Of a stretch of 64,000 bases of DNA, positions 25,096 to 38,060 are shown one piece after another. The position numbers and the translations under genes were made by a program. The notes beneath the pieces are model-generated. The model was not told where the DNA came from and did no database searches. It saw nothing but the letters and a program-made list of their open reading frames with translations. Each line of letters starts with the position of its first letter. The first letter of the stretch is position 1. The DNA comes from Callorhinchus milii. Its lineage: Eukaryota. The stretch is from positions 83,268,001-83,332,000 of the forward strand of contig NW_024704742.1 in assembly GCF_018977255.1 (NCBI RefSeq), read 5' to 3'.

Positions 25096-26049
25096 TTTAG
25101 TGGAAATCCTATTCGGTGGAACATCTTGCAGGGCTAATTTCCATGGGTAATCTCGGGTAGAATTTCTATGCCTAAATCCTATTTACTATTAGTGCCCATG
25201 TTTTTCATCATACCACCAGACTTATGATGATTGACTTTCCCACCAAGCAGTTTAATTCTCCAGTGTATGTACATTTTTTTTCATATATTAAAAAACTGAA
25301 ATGGGTGCTATCCAGAAATGAATGAGGAAGCAGCTGCCTGATCTCATTCCATAAAGCCGCATAAAAATGAAAAAGTACATAATCATTGTTTACGCCAAGT
25401 AAAATTGATTTGGGAAGTGCTTATAACTGTATATTTTAAGGGGAAATTAAAAAACAGCAGAACCCCACAGTAGAGTGAACTTCGGTCTTGAAGATGAGCC
25501 ACCTAACCAATATTTCATTGGCCTGGGCAAATAAAATGAGCCCGAGCAAAAAGAGAATTCGCTGGTTGACTGGGTCTGTTTGAAACTAACAAAAACGTCA
25601 GTAACGAAAGGAATACTGCTGCGATTTTTCTTCCGCTGTGTATCTTGGAACGTACAGCCGTGGGAGCTTGCAAAACTGGCATGTGTGTTATTTTGGAAAA
25701 AGGGAACTGCAGCTTTAATTTTCTCCCAATGTGTGTTTGTTTGTTGAATCGAAGAGGACAGTTTCCAGACATTGGCGGGAACACAAATGCCAGACATCCG
25801 TGTAAAGTCTGAACATGGCAAGTTTTCAGTGAGTGCAGATCAACTTCAAATTGTCTCATATGACTGGCGTGAGTCTCGTGCCAGTCAGAAAGAGAGGGCA
25901 AAAGGGGGAAATGTTTAACGCAAAAAAAAAGCACTTATTTTTTAAAACCACTTCACGCATCGAAATACACCAGAATAATTGGCAAATATAGGGCTGGTTT
26001 GCTGAAAGATGTGATACACATTACACAAATTAAGGTCGCAGAAACAGCC

Positions 26050-26318
26050 AATAGGTGAACAACTGGTTCATCTGTAGAATTGCTGGCGAGGATACCACGA
26101 GAAATTCCCTCCATTTCTCAAATAGTGACACAGAATTTTTAACATCTGAGGATCTCAGATTAATATCTCATCCAAAGGATGGCACCTCCAACAATGTAGA
26201 TCTTCCCCCGTACTGCACTGGAGTATTGACCTAGACAGTGAACTCAAATCCCAACATGGGGCTTGAAATCACTACCTTGTGCACAGAGGTGAGCACACTG
26301 TCAACTGAGCCAAGCTGA
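26050..26318 (-). mobile_element. DeuSINE (SacSINE1-like), decayed
   Basis: Antisense head (caactgagccaagctg) and Deu motifs (tctcatccaaaggatggcacctcc). Confidence 0.75.
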
Positions 26319-26861
26319 CAGCTTGGGGTTATATAATAGTGTGTGTATGTGTGTAGGGGTTACATGGTAACACAAGACTGTATGGAACAAGAAAATGTCA
26401 CTCAGTCCACCAAGCCCACTCTTTCCATTGACCACGTAATGTCCATCCCATTATGCACATCATCTCTCACCCTATGTATAGTTATGCAGGATCTCCAAAG
26501 GAAACCATAGCTCCCAAATATTCAAACCACAGCTTCACACAGAGAGTTTTAAACACGTTATATGGAACAAATGGTCGATAATATAGAGTACCTCCAATGC
26601 TTTTCTCAAACCATATATTTACCAGGTTTTGTTTTCAACTGCTGACCGTCTGCATTTTAAGCATACATAAGAAATGGAATTGATGTGGTGTACCACTAAT
26701 ATTACTGCTACTGTTAAGGTGGACTAGTATTCTGACACTCAGCAGTCTCACTAGTACACAGACACTTTGAGGTTACAGTCCACCTGGGACTAGTCTACCA
26801 TTGGCATTGAGTCTTCACAAGTCTCCATAGACAATTCAATCTGTGAGATACCACTTATTCT

Positions 26862-27155
26862 AATAATAATAATAATCTTTGCATTTGAGATAGCACTTTA
26901 GCACATTGTCGGGACATCTCAAAGTGCTTCACAGGATATACTGTAAAGGGACTGTGTATTTTGTGGGCAATCGGGGCAGCCAATTATCACACACGATGTC
27001 CCACAAACAACGGTGGAGTGAGTGACCAATTTAACTTGGGGGTTTGTTGGCCTGGACATTGGGAGAAACCCCCTTCTCTTTACAAAAAGTGTCATGGGAT
27101 CTTTAACGGCCACCTGAACAAGCAGACGGGACCTTGGCTTAACATCTCATCAAAG
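26862..27155 (-). mobile_element. DeuSINE 3' part
   Basis: Antisense tail plus catgggatctttaacggccacctgaacaagcagacgggacc. Confidence 0.8.
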
Positions 27156-28295
27156 GGTTTACCTCTTTCAAAAGAGGATTGTTTAACATTTACAAAGGTT
27201 CAAGGGATAAGTGGATCCACCAGGATTCAACCCCCAGATTTTCTGGTCCCAAGCCCAATGCTACCAAGGATTTTTGCTGTTATTGCAATAATATACCTAA
27301 ATAATATTATTTAAGTTTAGAGTACGGTAGAAACTTGATAAAACATCAGCAGCAATTATGGTCCAATAATTCTTCACTGTATAGGTTTTAAGGGTTGCAG
27401 CCAATGATTTAATTGTGATTTAACTCCATTCTCCAACAATAGAATGGCAAAGAATTGTTGAGCAGTGCTGTTCAGATTTTTCGAGTGGTTTGATAGAAAC
27501 ATTTATATCAAAACACTAATATTGCTTTCATGTAGCATCTGCCAGCTTGAAATCCAAGTTGAAGACGTGCAAGGAGTTGCAGCTGTCTAAGTCCCCTGCA
27601 ATGAGTACTGCCTTTGAACTCTTCTCCATAAGTTTCCTTGGCTTCTTTCCGTGGAAGAAGACTGGTCTGGGCAGATGTTCATTAAGCAGAAAGTAGTTGA
27701 TCAGAACACACCAGAATAGCACATGCTCTCTGCTGGTTCACCCCCTCTTCAAGTATGGAGCTTCTAGCTAAACACAAACATTTGATTCTGCAAATTTTAT
27801 ACCGCATTTCCCTCTTAAATAGTCTATGGTACCACAATCCCTATCAAGGCTACCAATGATATCATTCGGGTGCCATTCAGCTCTGCCAAACATTTACCGT
27901 ATAAATAAATATTTTCATGTGGAATAATTGCCGGGAACTGCTACCTTCCTTGTGAAAATAAATCATCATGTAATAATTTACAAAGTATACGTCAGCCCTG
28001 CAAGAACAAAAGCAACAACAAATTGCATTTATGCAGCACCTTTCATGTTAGGAAGCCGTCCCAAGGCGCTGGACAATAAATAAATTGCATCCGAGCTACA
28101 CATTAAATTATTCTTCTGAGGCTGGTGCATGAGTGCACATGGCCCAGCCACTTCCTTATTTCACAGGTAAGGTATATTTTTAATTGCGATTTTCTTTTTT
28201 TTAATGGGTTCGCTTTATATTGACCCATTTTCACTTCTTTTTGAGTGGACCATTTGCGGAAATTTGTCCACGTTAAATGATGATAAATTGGGCAA

Positions 28296-28466
28296 CCTGT
28301 TGGTGGGACACTGCTGTGCGCAATTGGCTGGCGCGTTTCGCCCACAAATATACAGTCAATTCACTTTACAGTATATTCTGTGAAGCGCTTTGAGACGTCT
28401 AGAAGACGTGAAAAGCGCTATATCAAATATAAGGATCATTGTTACTATTATTATTATTATTATTAA
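28296..28466 (+). mobile_element. SINE 3' half, close to consensus
   Basis: gtgggacactgctgtgcgcaattggctggcgcgtttcgcccac...gacgtctagaagacgtgaaaagcgctatatc then (TAT)n. Confidence 0.85.
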
Positions 28467-28961
28467 TGTGAATCCCCTTTATTCAAAAACAAATCAAACT
28501 CCAGTTGTCTGGACTCCAGAGAGGAACAAAATCCAGCCAGGATTCCCATCCCTGATCATTGCCCAGGTACCCCTGCTGGAGGGTGACTCACACCCACAGA
28601 AATGTACTTTCCACCATGCTTCTGGTCACCTTCTCTGCCCTCCCCACCACAATCCTCGACAATTTTGTCCCATTTCCCATTTTCCCTCTCTGGACTCGGG
28701 CTCCAAGTTAGCTGTGTAAAGTGCTTTGAGAGACATCCTCCTGATGTGAAAGGTACTGTATAAATGTATGTGGTTGCTGAGATCAAACAAACCAAAGGAC
28801 TTTCTTCATTTGAAGCTCTCTTGTGATGCTGTAATATTGGCAGGGGTGGGGAGGGAAGTGTTGTGAGAGAACACGTATACAGATGAAGGTTTTATCACGT
28901 CAATGCCCACTCATTGCTTTGACCAAGATTCCTTCTATGTTCTACAAACCCCTTTCCTGCT

Positions 28962-29339
28962 CTTCTCCCCTCCACGGCCTCGCCCCACCCTACCTCTGCG
29001 ACTTCCTAACCCCCTACCAACTCGTCCGCTCCCTCCACTCAGCCAGCTCCGTCCTGCTCCATGTCCCCTGGCCCACTTGCCCCTTCAGCCACTCTGTCCC
29101 CAACCTCTGGAATTCCATCCCCCAATCACTCCGCCTCGCCCCCTCCTTAGCCTCCTTTAAGTCCCACCTCAAAACCCTCCTCTTCGACCATGCCATTGGT
29201 CACCCCCCTTCCCCTCCCCTCCCTTCTCCCCCCCCCGACCCCAGCTCGGGTCTGAAATGCTGTACACTGTCCCGCGCCTTGGGACATCCTCCTGACGTGA
29301 AAGGCGCTATACAAATGCAATCTTGTTGTTGTTGTTGTT
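28962..29339 (+). mobile_element. 5'-truncated L2 LINE 3' end
   Basis: LHGLAPPYLCDFLTPYQ...NLWNSIPQSLRLAPSLASFKSHLKTLLF and a (TTG)n tail. Same type as the 5652 copy. Confidence 0.9.
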
Positions 29340-31200
29340 CTCATTGCCAATTTTGCTATGTGTATTTCACAGACCATCTCAGCTCTATCTGGTAGATTAT
29401 TGGAGTTAAAGAGAACCAACAATAAAAGTGCAGGTAATTATCTAAAATATGTGTAATACGATTTTTCTTTTACAATGAATCCCATTACAATTCCCATCAA
29501 CCCACAGGAACTCTGCTCCAAAAATAGATCACACCCCAGCAGTGCATTTCCAATTATCAAAAGCAGTCACAATTTGCACAATTCAGATTCCTTATTGAGG
29601 CATCCATTAAAGATACACTGCAAATTAAGCCTTTTTAATCACAATACTGGTAATTTAAAGACTTTAAATATTAAATTACTTCTGTTTGTAAAAATTTAAA
29701 AAGTGCGTAAAATTTAGATGACGGCAAATTTAGATGAAGGCGATAGACAATAATATGAAATATGTAAAGTTTTGATGTTGTGCATTGTGTCGCAGTTCAT
29801 TTGTACAATAACATAAAGGGAATATTTTGAATTAGCGCTCCTCTGGTTTTGATGAAATGCCGTTGTTGGTTATTTTACTCTGAGTCTACTTCAACTCAGA
29901 AAGACCCCAAAAAACAAGCTTGAGGTGCCTCAGGAGATCTACCATCACTATTTTACTTTGTACCAAATGAACAGTGTTCAGAAGTTCCTGCGTTGTACTT
30001 CTAAGTGTTTGTAGAAATCTCATTATTTTCATTTGGAACTGGTTATGAACTGAACTGAAGGATATTTAGTTTACAGTGACTTTAAGAGTGACTAACCAAC
30101 ATGATGCGGAATTATCATTGAATAAACTTATGTTCGAATTTGCCTTTTTAACTTGTGTTCGGTGCATTTACATCAGGACTGAATGAGAAAATGTTTCCGT
30201 TGAAAAGTGCTGTTGCTATCCAGTCTGGCCCAGCCGAAGATCAGTGAATTGATGCTAACAGGGGAGGCTGATGAAGCTTATTGCAGGTAGGCAAGATGAA
30301 GAGCGAGAGCCACATAATGGGAACACATAATCCATTCACAATTCACTTGGGCAAGTCAGGAGTATTTTTTGAGAATTATTTAGAGGCTAAGAAAGTTCTG
30401 AAGACTGATTAAATTCTGGGGTGCATCTTGAAGAAGCTGAATAAAATGGCTGCCACGTTCTTCTATAAAAACACACAGTCACCATACTTTTTCAGTACAT
30501 CTTGTGAAGAACTTTGGGACATCCTCCTGATGTGAAAGGAACTATATCATCTGCAAAAGATTATTATTACCATTTATATTACATGTATATAACTCATTAA
30601 ACATGCAATCTTTGGAAGGTTACCTAGTGAATCTTGTTTGTATTTTGGGTGCTCTTTTTCTTCCTAAAGATGGTCAGCAGTGTATAATAGGGAGGGTTCA
30701 GAGAAGAGTGACTAGGATGATTCTTATCACCTCTTACTGTTGCCCAGTCACTGCAGTTAACCTTTTCTTCTCTGCCAGATGCCAACATGAATCTTCTCCA
30801 GATGGTTTTCCCAGTCTGCTGTCTCTCCTTTGCGTCCCGCAACAGACAATTGTCAAGGAACTGCTCGTAATCTTTGATCATCTGGAATATGTCAACTATT
30901 CTGTCTAGAGCACTACTAGCAACTGGTGTTCACAAGAAGTATTCTCTACAGCTCAAACAGTTGTATTTCAAAGCTTCACATCCATTTCGCCCTCTATCTC
31001 CAGCTTAATTAAGAACTTAAAATGCATCTCAACAATCTCAAGATCTATCTCTTTGGCCAACTTTCAGTCATCTTTCCCATCCCCAGCCCCCTCAGCTCCC
31101 ACCTCCAGCTTGGGTGCATTTACCGTTAAGACGTAAATTTGTATTGTATTATATAACAAATCGTGATAGCAAATAAAATAATCATATAAGGCAATAAAAT

Positions 31201-31523
31201 TAATAATAATAATAATAATCCTTGCATTTGATATAGCGCTTTTCACGTCGGGAGGACGTCCCAAAGCGCTTCACAGAACACACTGTAAAGTGAATTGACT
31301 GTATATTTGTGGGCGAACGCGGCAGCCAATTGCGCACAGCAATATCCCACAAACAGTCATAGATTGAAAATGACCAATTTATTATTGTTTTTTGGTTTTG
31401 GAGGGATTATTATTAGGCGTGTGGAGTAAGGAAACTTGCCCAAGGTTTCGCCCTGTGCCTGGAATTGAACCCAGGTCTCTCGCTTGCAAAACGAGTGCTC
31501 TAACCACTGAGCTACAGGACTCC
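31201..31523 (-). mobile_element. tRNA-Ala-like SINE, short subfamily, full length
   Basis: Reverse complement runs from GGAGTCCTGTAGCTCAGTGG to (TAT)n with many CpGs retained. Confidence 0.92.
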
Positions 31524-33338
31524 TAAATTAGTAACTGAGGTAGAAAACTTCTCATGACTAAAATTAAACAGCAAATTGATAAACAAAAGTTTATTTTGAT
31601 TTACAGCAAATAGTTCACCTCAAAGACTTCATTCTTATCATTTTATTGAAGATGGATGCAATAAAATTGATCGTCAGTGCTGCGGGTGGGGAAACTCAGC
31701 AGATGGTTGAGATATAATGGATTAATATTGTAGAAGGCTCCTCAATCCCACACATGGTTAGCTCAGGTGATATTCCTTTGCTTTGCTAGGAAACAATGGT
31801 TTTCCTTTCTAACACAATTAACTGAGGGCTGTCCAATAAAACACACATATACTCTCAAGAAGTAGTGAAATGATCATTTATATTCGGAAGGATCATTTGA
31901 TCCCAACGTGAAAGGCACTACATAAATGCAATTTGTTGTTTTTGTGGATCAAGATACACACAGTAAAGTAGAAAGGGTAGGGGTGGTAATGGGGAGATCC
32001 TGTCCGGCGAGCTGCAATTTCAGGCTAAGTATAATTTAGTGCCAGTATAAGCATTTACTGGCTTTTTTCAGCACTGTTTTCTTTCAGTGCCAAAAAATGT
32101 CGGTAAATACCAGCACTGGCATTGCAATTGTTTAAATCCCAGGACCAGAAGAGAATGAATAAACTATCTTCTGTTCGCGGTTTTCAAACTGATTCAAAGT
32201 TGATATCCTTGTCTGCCCAACTGAAGGCCAGCAAGGATGGTGAGGCGAGGGTGTGCTAGGAGAGAGGGCTAATGAGAGTCTACATGCCTTTAATGTTTCC
32301 ATTTTGTGCCCATTCTGGCTAGGTACGAATTCCAGATACCAAGTGTCCAGTAAGCAGGGGGTTTATGGTATATAATTTTAAGTCAAGCTTGGAGCACTCA
32401 ATGTGACCTTGCATGGTGTGTCAGTCTGGTGATGGAAGTTGGCATGTGTTCTTGAGATCATGTGCTGTATGTGGAACACAATTTACCTCTGACTTTTAAC
32501 AGTCGTATGTCAGAAATTATTAAAAACTCCAATCTCTAGATATTCTCAGGTTTGAAAAAGAAGATGTTATTTCTAAACTGGTATACTTTCTAGTTTTTCT
32601 TTCATCACACTAGTTAGCTAACTGATTAAGTCACATTTATTCTGATTTTACGGAAGAGCTAAATGGGAATTACAGGGAAAATGTGATGCAACTGCCCTGT
32701 AGATACAGTAATTACTGAATAATAAATAATTCAAAAGTACTATCTCATTATTGAATTAAAGTTCCCTCCAGAAAGTCTAAATCGTTTAACGGAAAGATAC
32801 ATAAGATCAAAAACTTTGTCATTAAGATATTTTTTTAATCAAACACAAAATAGTAACAGACAAAATCTTATTATCATATACTGCATAATTAATCATCCAG
32901 CTATCCTTAGAGTACACAGTGTGTGAAGAGAATGCACTTCCTTTGTATCTTATGAACATCAAACTAAGACAGAAACATTATTTCTTATGGTGCATAGGAT
33001 CCTGGTGCTCCCAACACAGCCTGGAGACCACTTGTGGCTCAACTTTCCTTTATCTGTTGCCCTCGACTGGGGTGATGCTTTTGTTTCTGGGCCTCCTTTC
33101 ATGGCATACCTGAGGCTGAGATATCTCCAGAAATATCTTGAAGATACAGTCGTGCTCTATTAAAGTTAAATAACCTATTGCTTTAATAGAACAAACAGTC
33201 CTAGAGTTCTTCCCTTTTTGTGTTAAAGTGCCCGCCTCTGCCAGGCTGCTGCCATGGGTAGAATTATTGAAATCAAGTATGGGGAACTGGGACTGGGATA
33301 CATGGCTTTGTTTGCAGAGCAAACTCCAAAACTAAAAC

Positions 33339-33860
33339 AATGGGCTCCTATTGTTGATTTCTATACTTTGATATTTTAGGACTCTCGTACATGCACAATC
33401 TGAACTGATATAAAGAGCAAAAAGGCTGCGATAAATAAAAATGTGACAAGTTAAGCAGTGATCAATAAGCAAGCACTAGAATACAGTAACCAACAAACCT
33501 AAAATGTTTTTACGACAACATTTACTTTGTTTTGTTACGTTCTTTTAGAGTTAAAATAGTTTCTAAACTGCAGGTTAGGTCATTAGCCCAAGGGCTAAAT
33601 TAATGCATTGTCCTTAATTATGCAGTTAACTAATCCAGCATCATCTAATCCTTTTACATAATTAAAAGTACCTATAGGCAGTATTTGCACATAATTAGCC
33701 AGTGAGCAATTTTCCCAATCCACATTTTAGACTCAATTTAAATCCTTCTTCTATAGGGCACAAACTTTACTTTTATTCCTTCTAATTTTGCTCCTGTTCA
33801 GAAGCTACTAATTTATGGTGAGATTTCATTCCTACTATAAATCAACAATAGGAGCCCATT
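33339..33860. mobile_element. Putative MITE-like element bounded by a 22-bp perfect inverted repeat
   Basis: AATGGGCTCCTATTGTTGATTT (33339-33360) and AAATCAACAATAGGAGCCCATT (33839-33860). Confidence 0.55.
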
Positions 33861-34158
33861 ATTTCATGCATGATGCCAGACAATGAGTGTCAGCAGACAA
33901 TTTCACCATGGAGGAGCAACACAACTGAAAGCAACCTCCCTCAACCTCTATAAAGTTACTCTTAGACAACTGCATCTCCGATAATGCAGCATACTCCCAC
34001 CACTACATCAAAGTGTCAGCCTAGTGCAAAGTCCTGACAAGCGGCTTGAACTTTGAGTCAGAGGCGAGAGTACCACCATTTGAGCTGGGCTGAGACATTA
34101 ACACTTTTACAGCACCTTATAATGTTATTTTGTAGACAAACACTGCTGCAATTTTGGA

Positions 34159-34371
34159 GCCGAAATTCCACACAGTTTTAGTCCGTCAGCCAATTTAGTC
34201 TTAAATTTTGAGGCTGTGGAGATTGTGGAAAATTCTTAATTACACTCTTTTGGTTTTCCACAGTTCTCAAAACGAACCTCAACTAAGGCTGGATCTAAAA
34301 TAATTCCACAAATCTGTGTAACCTTAAATTTTAAGACCATGTGGTCTGAGAAGCTAAGTGGAATTTCAGGC
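34159..34371. mobile_element. Old hairpin MITE-like element
   Basis: Termini GCCGAAATTCCAC / GTGGAATTTCAGGC, with inner inverted arms gtcttaaattttgagg...ttgtggaa / ttccacaa...ccttaaattttaagac. Confidence 0.6.
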
Positions 34372-34639
34372 CTTTGTGCACTGCAAAATAACAGAAACAG
34401 TTATTAAGTGATCAAATTATTATTATTTATTACTTATTTTAAAAAAGGATTATTACCCCTGGAAAAGTGATCCGCCGATCAACTAACAACCAGGTTCCTA
34501 CTTTACAGCTAGGTAAACAGAGTTGACGTAATCATCGGCATACATGTGGAGGTTGACCCTATGTCTGCGGTTGATATCACCAAGAGGGTAAATGAGAAAA
34601 ACGAGGCAACTGAGAATAGAGCTATGAGTTAGACCATAG

Positions 34640-34950
34640 GTCACTGTGCAGGATGAGAGGAGAAACCATTAGGAATAATTCCACAATAGTGGCAGTAGGT
34701 CAAACAGGACCTGATCCAGGACAGTGAACCACTGAGGTGGATGAGAGAGGAGAGATGGTTGAGGAGGATGGCATTGTTCACTGTGTCAAAGCAGCAAATT
34801 ATGTCTTTAGTCTCTGTGACCAAGGCTCCCTCTGCTTTCTTGTACTCCTGGACAAGGAGGCAGAGAGACCCCTCATTACAGAGACAGAGGACGTCATTTG
34901 TAACCGTGCTGGGAGCAGGGCAGAAAACCAGACTGGAGTGTGGCTCGAGA
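34640..34950 (-). mobile_element. Decayed L2 RT fragment
   Basis: Peptide STVTNDVLC...FDTVNNAILLNHLSSLIHLSGSLSWIRSCLT parallels the 3454 relic. Confidence 0.65.
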
Positions 34951-35982
34951 TGCGAGTGGGAGAAAAAATGTGAGCGCAATTCACAACCTTCTGCCCTGGA
35001 GGCAAGAGTAATAGCACTTGAGCCAACGTAATAACTGTCAGCATCTGACACTTGAAGGTTTTGTTCAAGGTGAAATTTATTGTCATTCATAGTTCTAAGC
35101 ACTTGGAATAAGAAGCACCAATAAACAAAATAGCAACTAGAATCATGTTGTGCTCTGGCGTTTGCTGTAATCAGATTAGGCAAATCGTCCACAGTCACCT
35201 CTCAGAGACAGCAATGGCTTTACTGTGAACTATGTCCATTTCAGGTTATATTGTGCAAAGCAATCTCATCAGAGATACTCATTACCAATGTTCTGTTAGA
35301 ACAATCACAGATGATCATTACCACAGCTCTATGGAGAGAGTATTGCTACAATATATAAAAAAACAGGTAGTTCCTGGGCATTACTGGTTGTGTTTGTCAT
35401 AAATGACTTGCAGTGATTCAAAGTGAATGATCCACATCTTATTGAACTGTCTCTTTTATGGATAACAGTTGAAGGTTATTGAGATTCAGATTGAAGATGT
35501 CACACATGACACTATCGAATTGGAGCTCCGTGGTCGTTAGTTCCATGTGAGTTCTGTTAAACTAGTTTTTTTAAAAAATGAAGATATATTATATTAAAGG
35601 GCATGTGAATAGCCACTGGTATCAGCATGGGATTGCATCCTTTTATAAGATTCACATTGGGAGACTAAGCTGCTCCAAGAGGTGGAAAAATATTCTCATT
35701 ATGTACCTCTTATATCTTCCATATATCTTGCTCTTCTTGTAAACACACAGAAATGGACATGTTGGAAGAAAGACAAAGCAGATATACAGTTGAAGGTTCA
35801 AGTGGGCCAGAAAAATCAGGAGGATGTCTCAAAGTGTTTTACAGGATATATTATAAAGTGCAGTGATCTCATATTTTGTAAACAAATGTTTCAGCCAATT
35901 TGCACACAGCAATGTCCCACAAACAATCGTGAAGTGAAGGACCAATTTTATCTGGAGGATTGTTGGCCAGGACACAGGGAGT

Positions 35983-36465
35983 CTGGCTCAATTGGGAGCA
36001 ATCTTGCCTCCGAGTCAGAAGGTTGTGGGTTCAAAAGCCACACATTGGGACTTGGAACTCACAGGGTCTATGCTGGCAGCTGTAGCTCAATGGTTAGAGC
36101 ATTCACCTCCCAAGTGAGAGACCTGGATTCAATTCTCGACAGAGCAAAACGTTGGGCAAGTTTTCTTACACCACTGTTTGTGGGACACTGCTATGCACAA
36201 TTGGCTGCCACGTTTTGCCCACAAAATATACAACCAATTCACTTTACAGTATATTCTGTGAAGTGCTTTGAGACGTCTCGAAGATGTGATAAGGTGCTTT
36301 ATCAAATGCAAGGATTATTATTAGTAGTATTGCATTATTGGAGATGCTGTCCTTCAGAAAACTCCATCCATCAGTTCAGATCCCATGGCACGATCCAAAA
36401 AGGAAGGGAATTTCTCCCGGTATCCTGGCCAACATTCCTCCAGATAAAATCAGTCATTTGTTTTA
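35983..36465 (+). mobile_element. DeuSINE interrupted by a younger SINE
   Basis: Head tggctcaattgg...gggttcaaaagcc. The Deu domain resumes after ~36325 (ggagatgctgtcc...gatcccatggcac...ggtatcctggcc). Confidence 0.8.
36080..36325 (+). mobile_element. tRNA-Ala-like SINE with large internal deletion, nested in a DeuSINE
   Basis: ctgtagctcaatggttagagc head; cttacaccac joins directly to tgtttgtggg; tail. Confidence 0.85.
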
Positions 36466-37195
36466 TGGCTGGGGTGGGACATTGGCCAACCAAAAGAAGA
36501 GTCAATTGGATATCTCAGGAAATTGCAATCCAATGCTACACTCCTCAGGTCAAGCTCAGTGACAGGAGCAGGTGAAATAAGGGGGGTGGGTGGCGGTAGA
36601 AGAAGTATGCCCACAGTCAGATATCAATGAGCAGATTTTTCTGTGATATGATAATTAGATAACTATCACATCGCACACCACTTCTTTAAATCCTGTGAAT
36701 CAGAAATAAACCCTGCTTTGAACCACAGAGCTGAAGAGCTGATTCTGGAAAGGTTAAGCGGCCTTCCTGTGCTGAATACAATCAAAGATGTCACATGAAA
36801 CTGAGCCACGTTTCAAAAGTGCAAGAGGCATTCACTGGAGACATTACTTATACAGACAATTTGTTCCATTTTATTTCTCGTTTCCTGACTGCATTGGCAT
36901 CAAGTGTGGAATAAATTACTTTTAACACCATGATTAATAGTTATTAATTATTGACAAAGACGGCTGTAAAAATGTCTATTTTTCCTGTCTGACAGTTCAC
37001 TTAAAGGTGACTGAGCGACTGAGGTGATGTCTGTGATAGTGCAGATAGTACGTGGAAGGAGTGAGCTCCTTGGCATTCTTTGTTCGTGCCCTACTTTATC
37101 TGAAGAGCAGGTTAGCTAAGAAGTGATTTCCCAATTCCTCCTGCTTGTAATACCCCCACAAACATCCAAAGTGGAGGTCCACAAGGCAGAAATAT

Positions 37196-37669
37196 AACAA
37201 TAATAATCCTTGCATTTTATATAACGCCTTATCACGTCTTTGAGACGTCTCAAGTGTCTCATAGAATATTCTGTGAAGTGAATTGACTGTATATTTTGTG
37301 AGCGAAACGTGGCAGCCAATTGCACACAGCAGTATCCCACAAACAGTCGTGGATTGAGAGACCAAATTCTTGTTATTTAAAAAATATCTATTTATTGTTT
37401 TGAAGGGATTATTACCCCCGGAAAAGCGATCTGCCAATCGACTAACAACTGGGTTAGTCCCAGTAGACTAACAAGTGGGTCTCTCACTTGTGAGGCGAGT
37501 GCTCTAACCACTAAGCTACAGTAAGGAGGAACCGGGTTCCTACTTACTGCTAGGTAAACAGGGGCGGGTGGAGTAAGGAAACTTGCCTAAAGTTTCGCCC
37601 TGCCGGGAATCAAACCCAGGTCCTCTCACTTGCGAGGCAAGTGCTCTAACCACTACCCTACAGGACTCC
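37196..37669 (-). mobile_element. tRNA-Ala-like SINE, long subfamily, with an extra internal head fragment
   Basis: Full copy plus a second ctgtagcttagtggttagagcactcgcc...gagagacc segment at ~37478-37521. Confidence 0.9.
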
Positions 37670-37832
37670 ATTACTGGATGGCAGTCAGCCCCTGTGCAAT
37701 CATGATTGTTATGTAGAGGAATGGTTACAGTGCGATGGATAGTTCTGATGCTGATCTATCAGTTCACGAATTATGAAAACTGACAAACAAGAACTATTCC
37801 TATCCATTAAGGCTTTGCCTTGCAAGATTAAC

Positions 37833-38060
37833 AGGAGCTAAGTGGGAAGTATCCTGACTTCTGTGACTTGTCTGCCATTCCAAGTCCTGCCCATGAGCCA
37901 GGCTGGCTATCTGACAACAGGAATGTCCTGCCGGAGTACTGCAGACCCTCCTGGCTCAGAAGTCAATTTACCAAGACCACCGCACAGGGTTGACCCAATT
38001 CTATTGCTAGGCTTTTCACCTTACAGCTAGCTCAGGTCCAAGAGGAGATGCTGATTCAGG
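37833..38060 (-). repeat. Unclassified old interspersed repeat, copy 2
   Basis: Reverse complement aligns by eye with 58020-58250 and 16655-16815. Confidence 0.6.

Noticed and set aside
35682..36575. Longest ORF (297 aa)
   Set aside because: GTG start and built mostly from three SINE pieces. The peptide recurs in other SINE translations and shows no protein domain.
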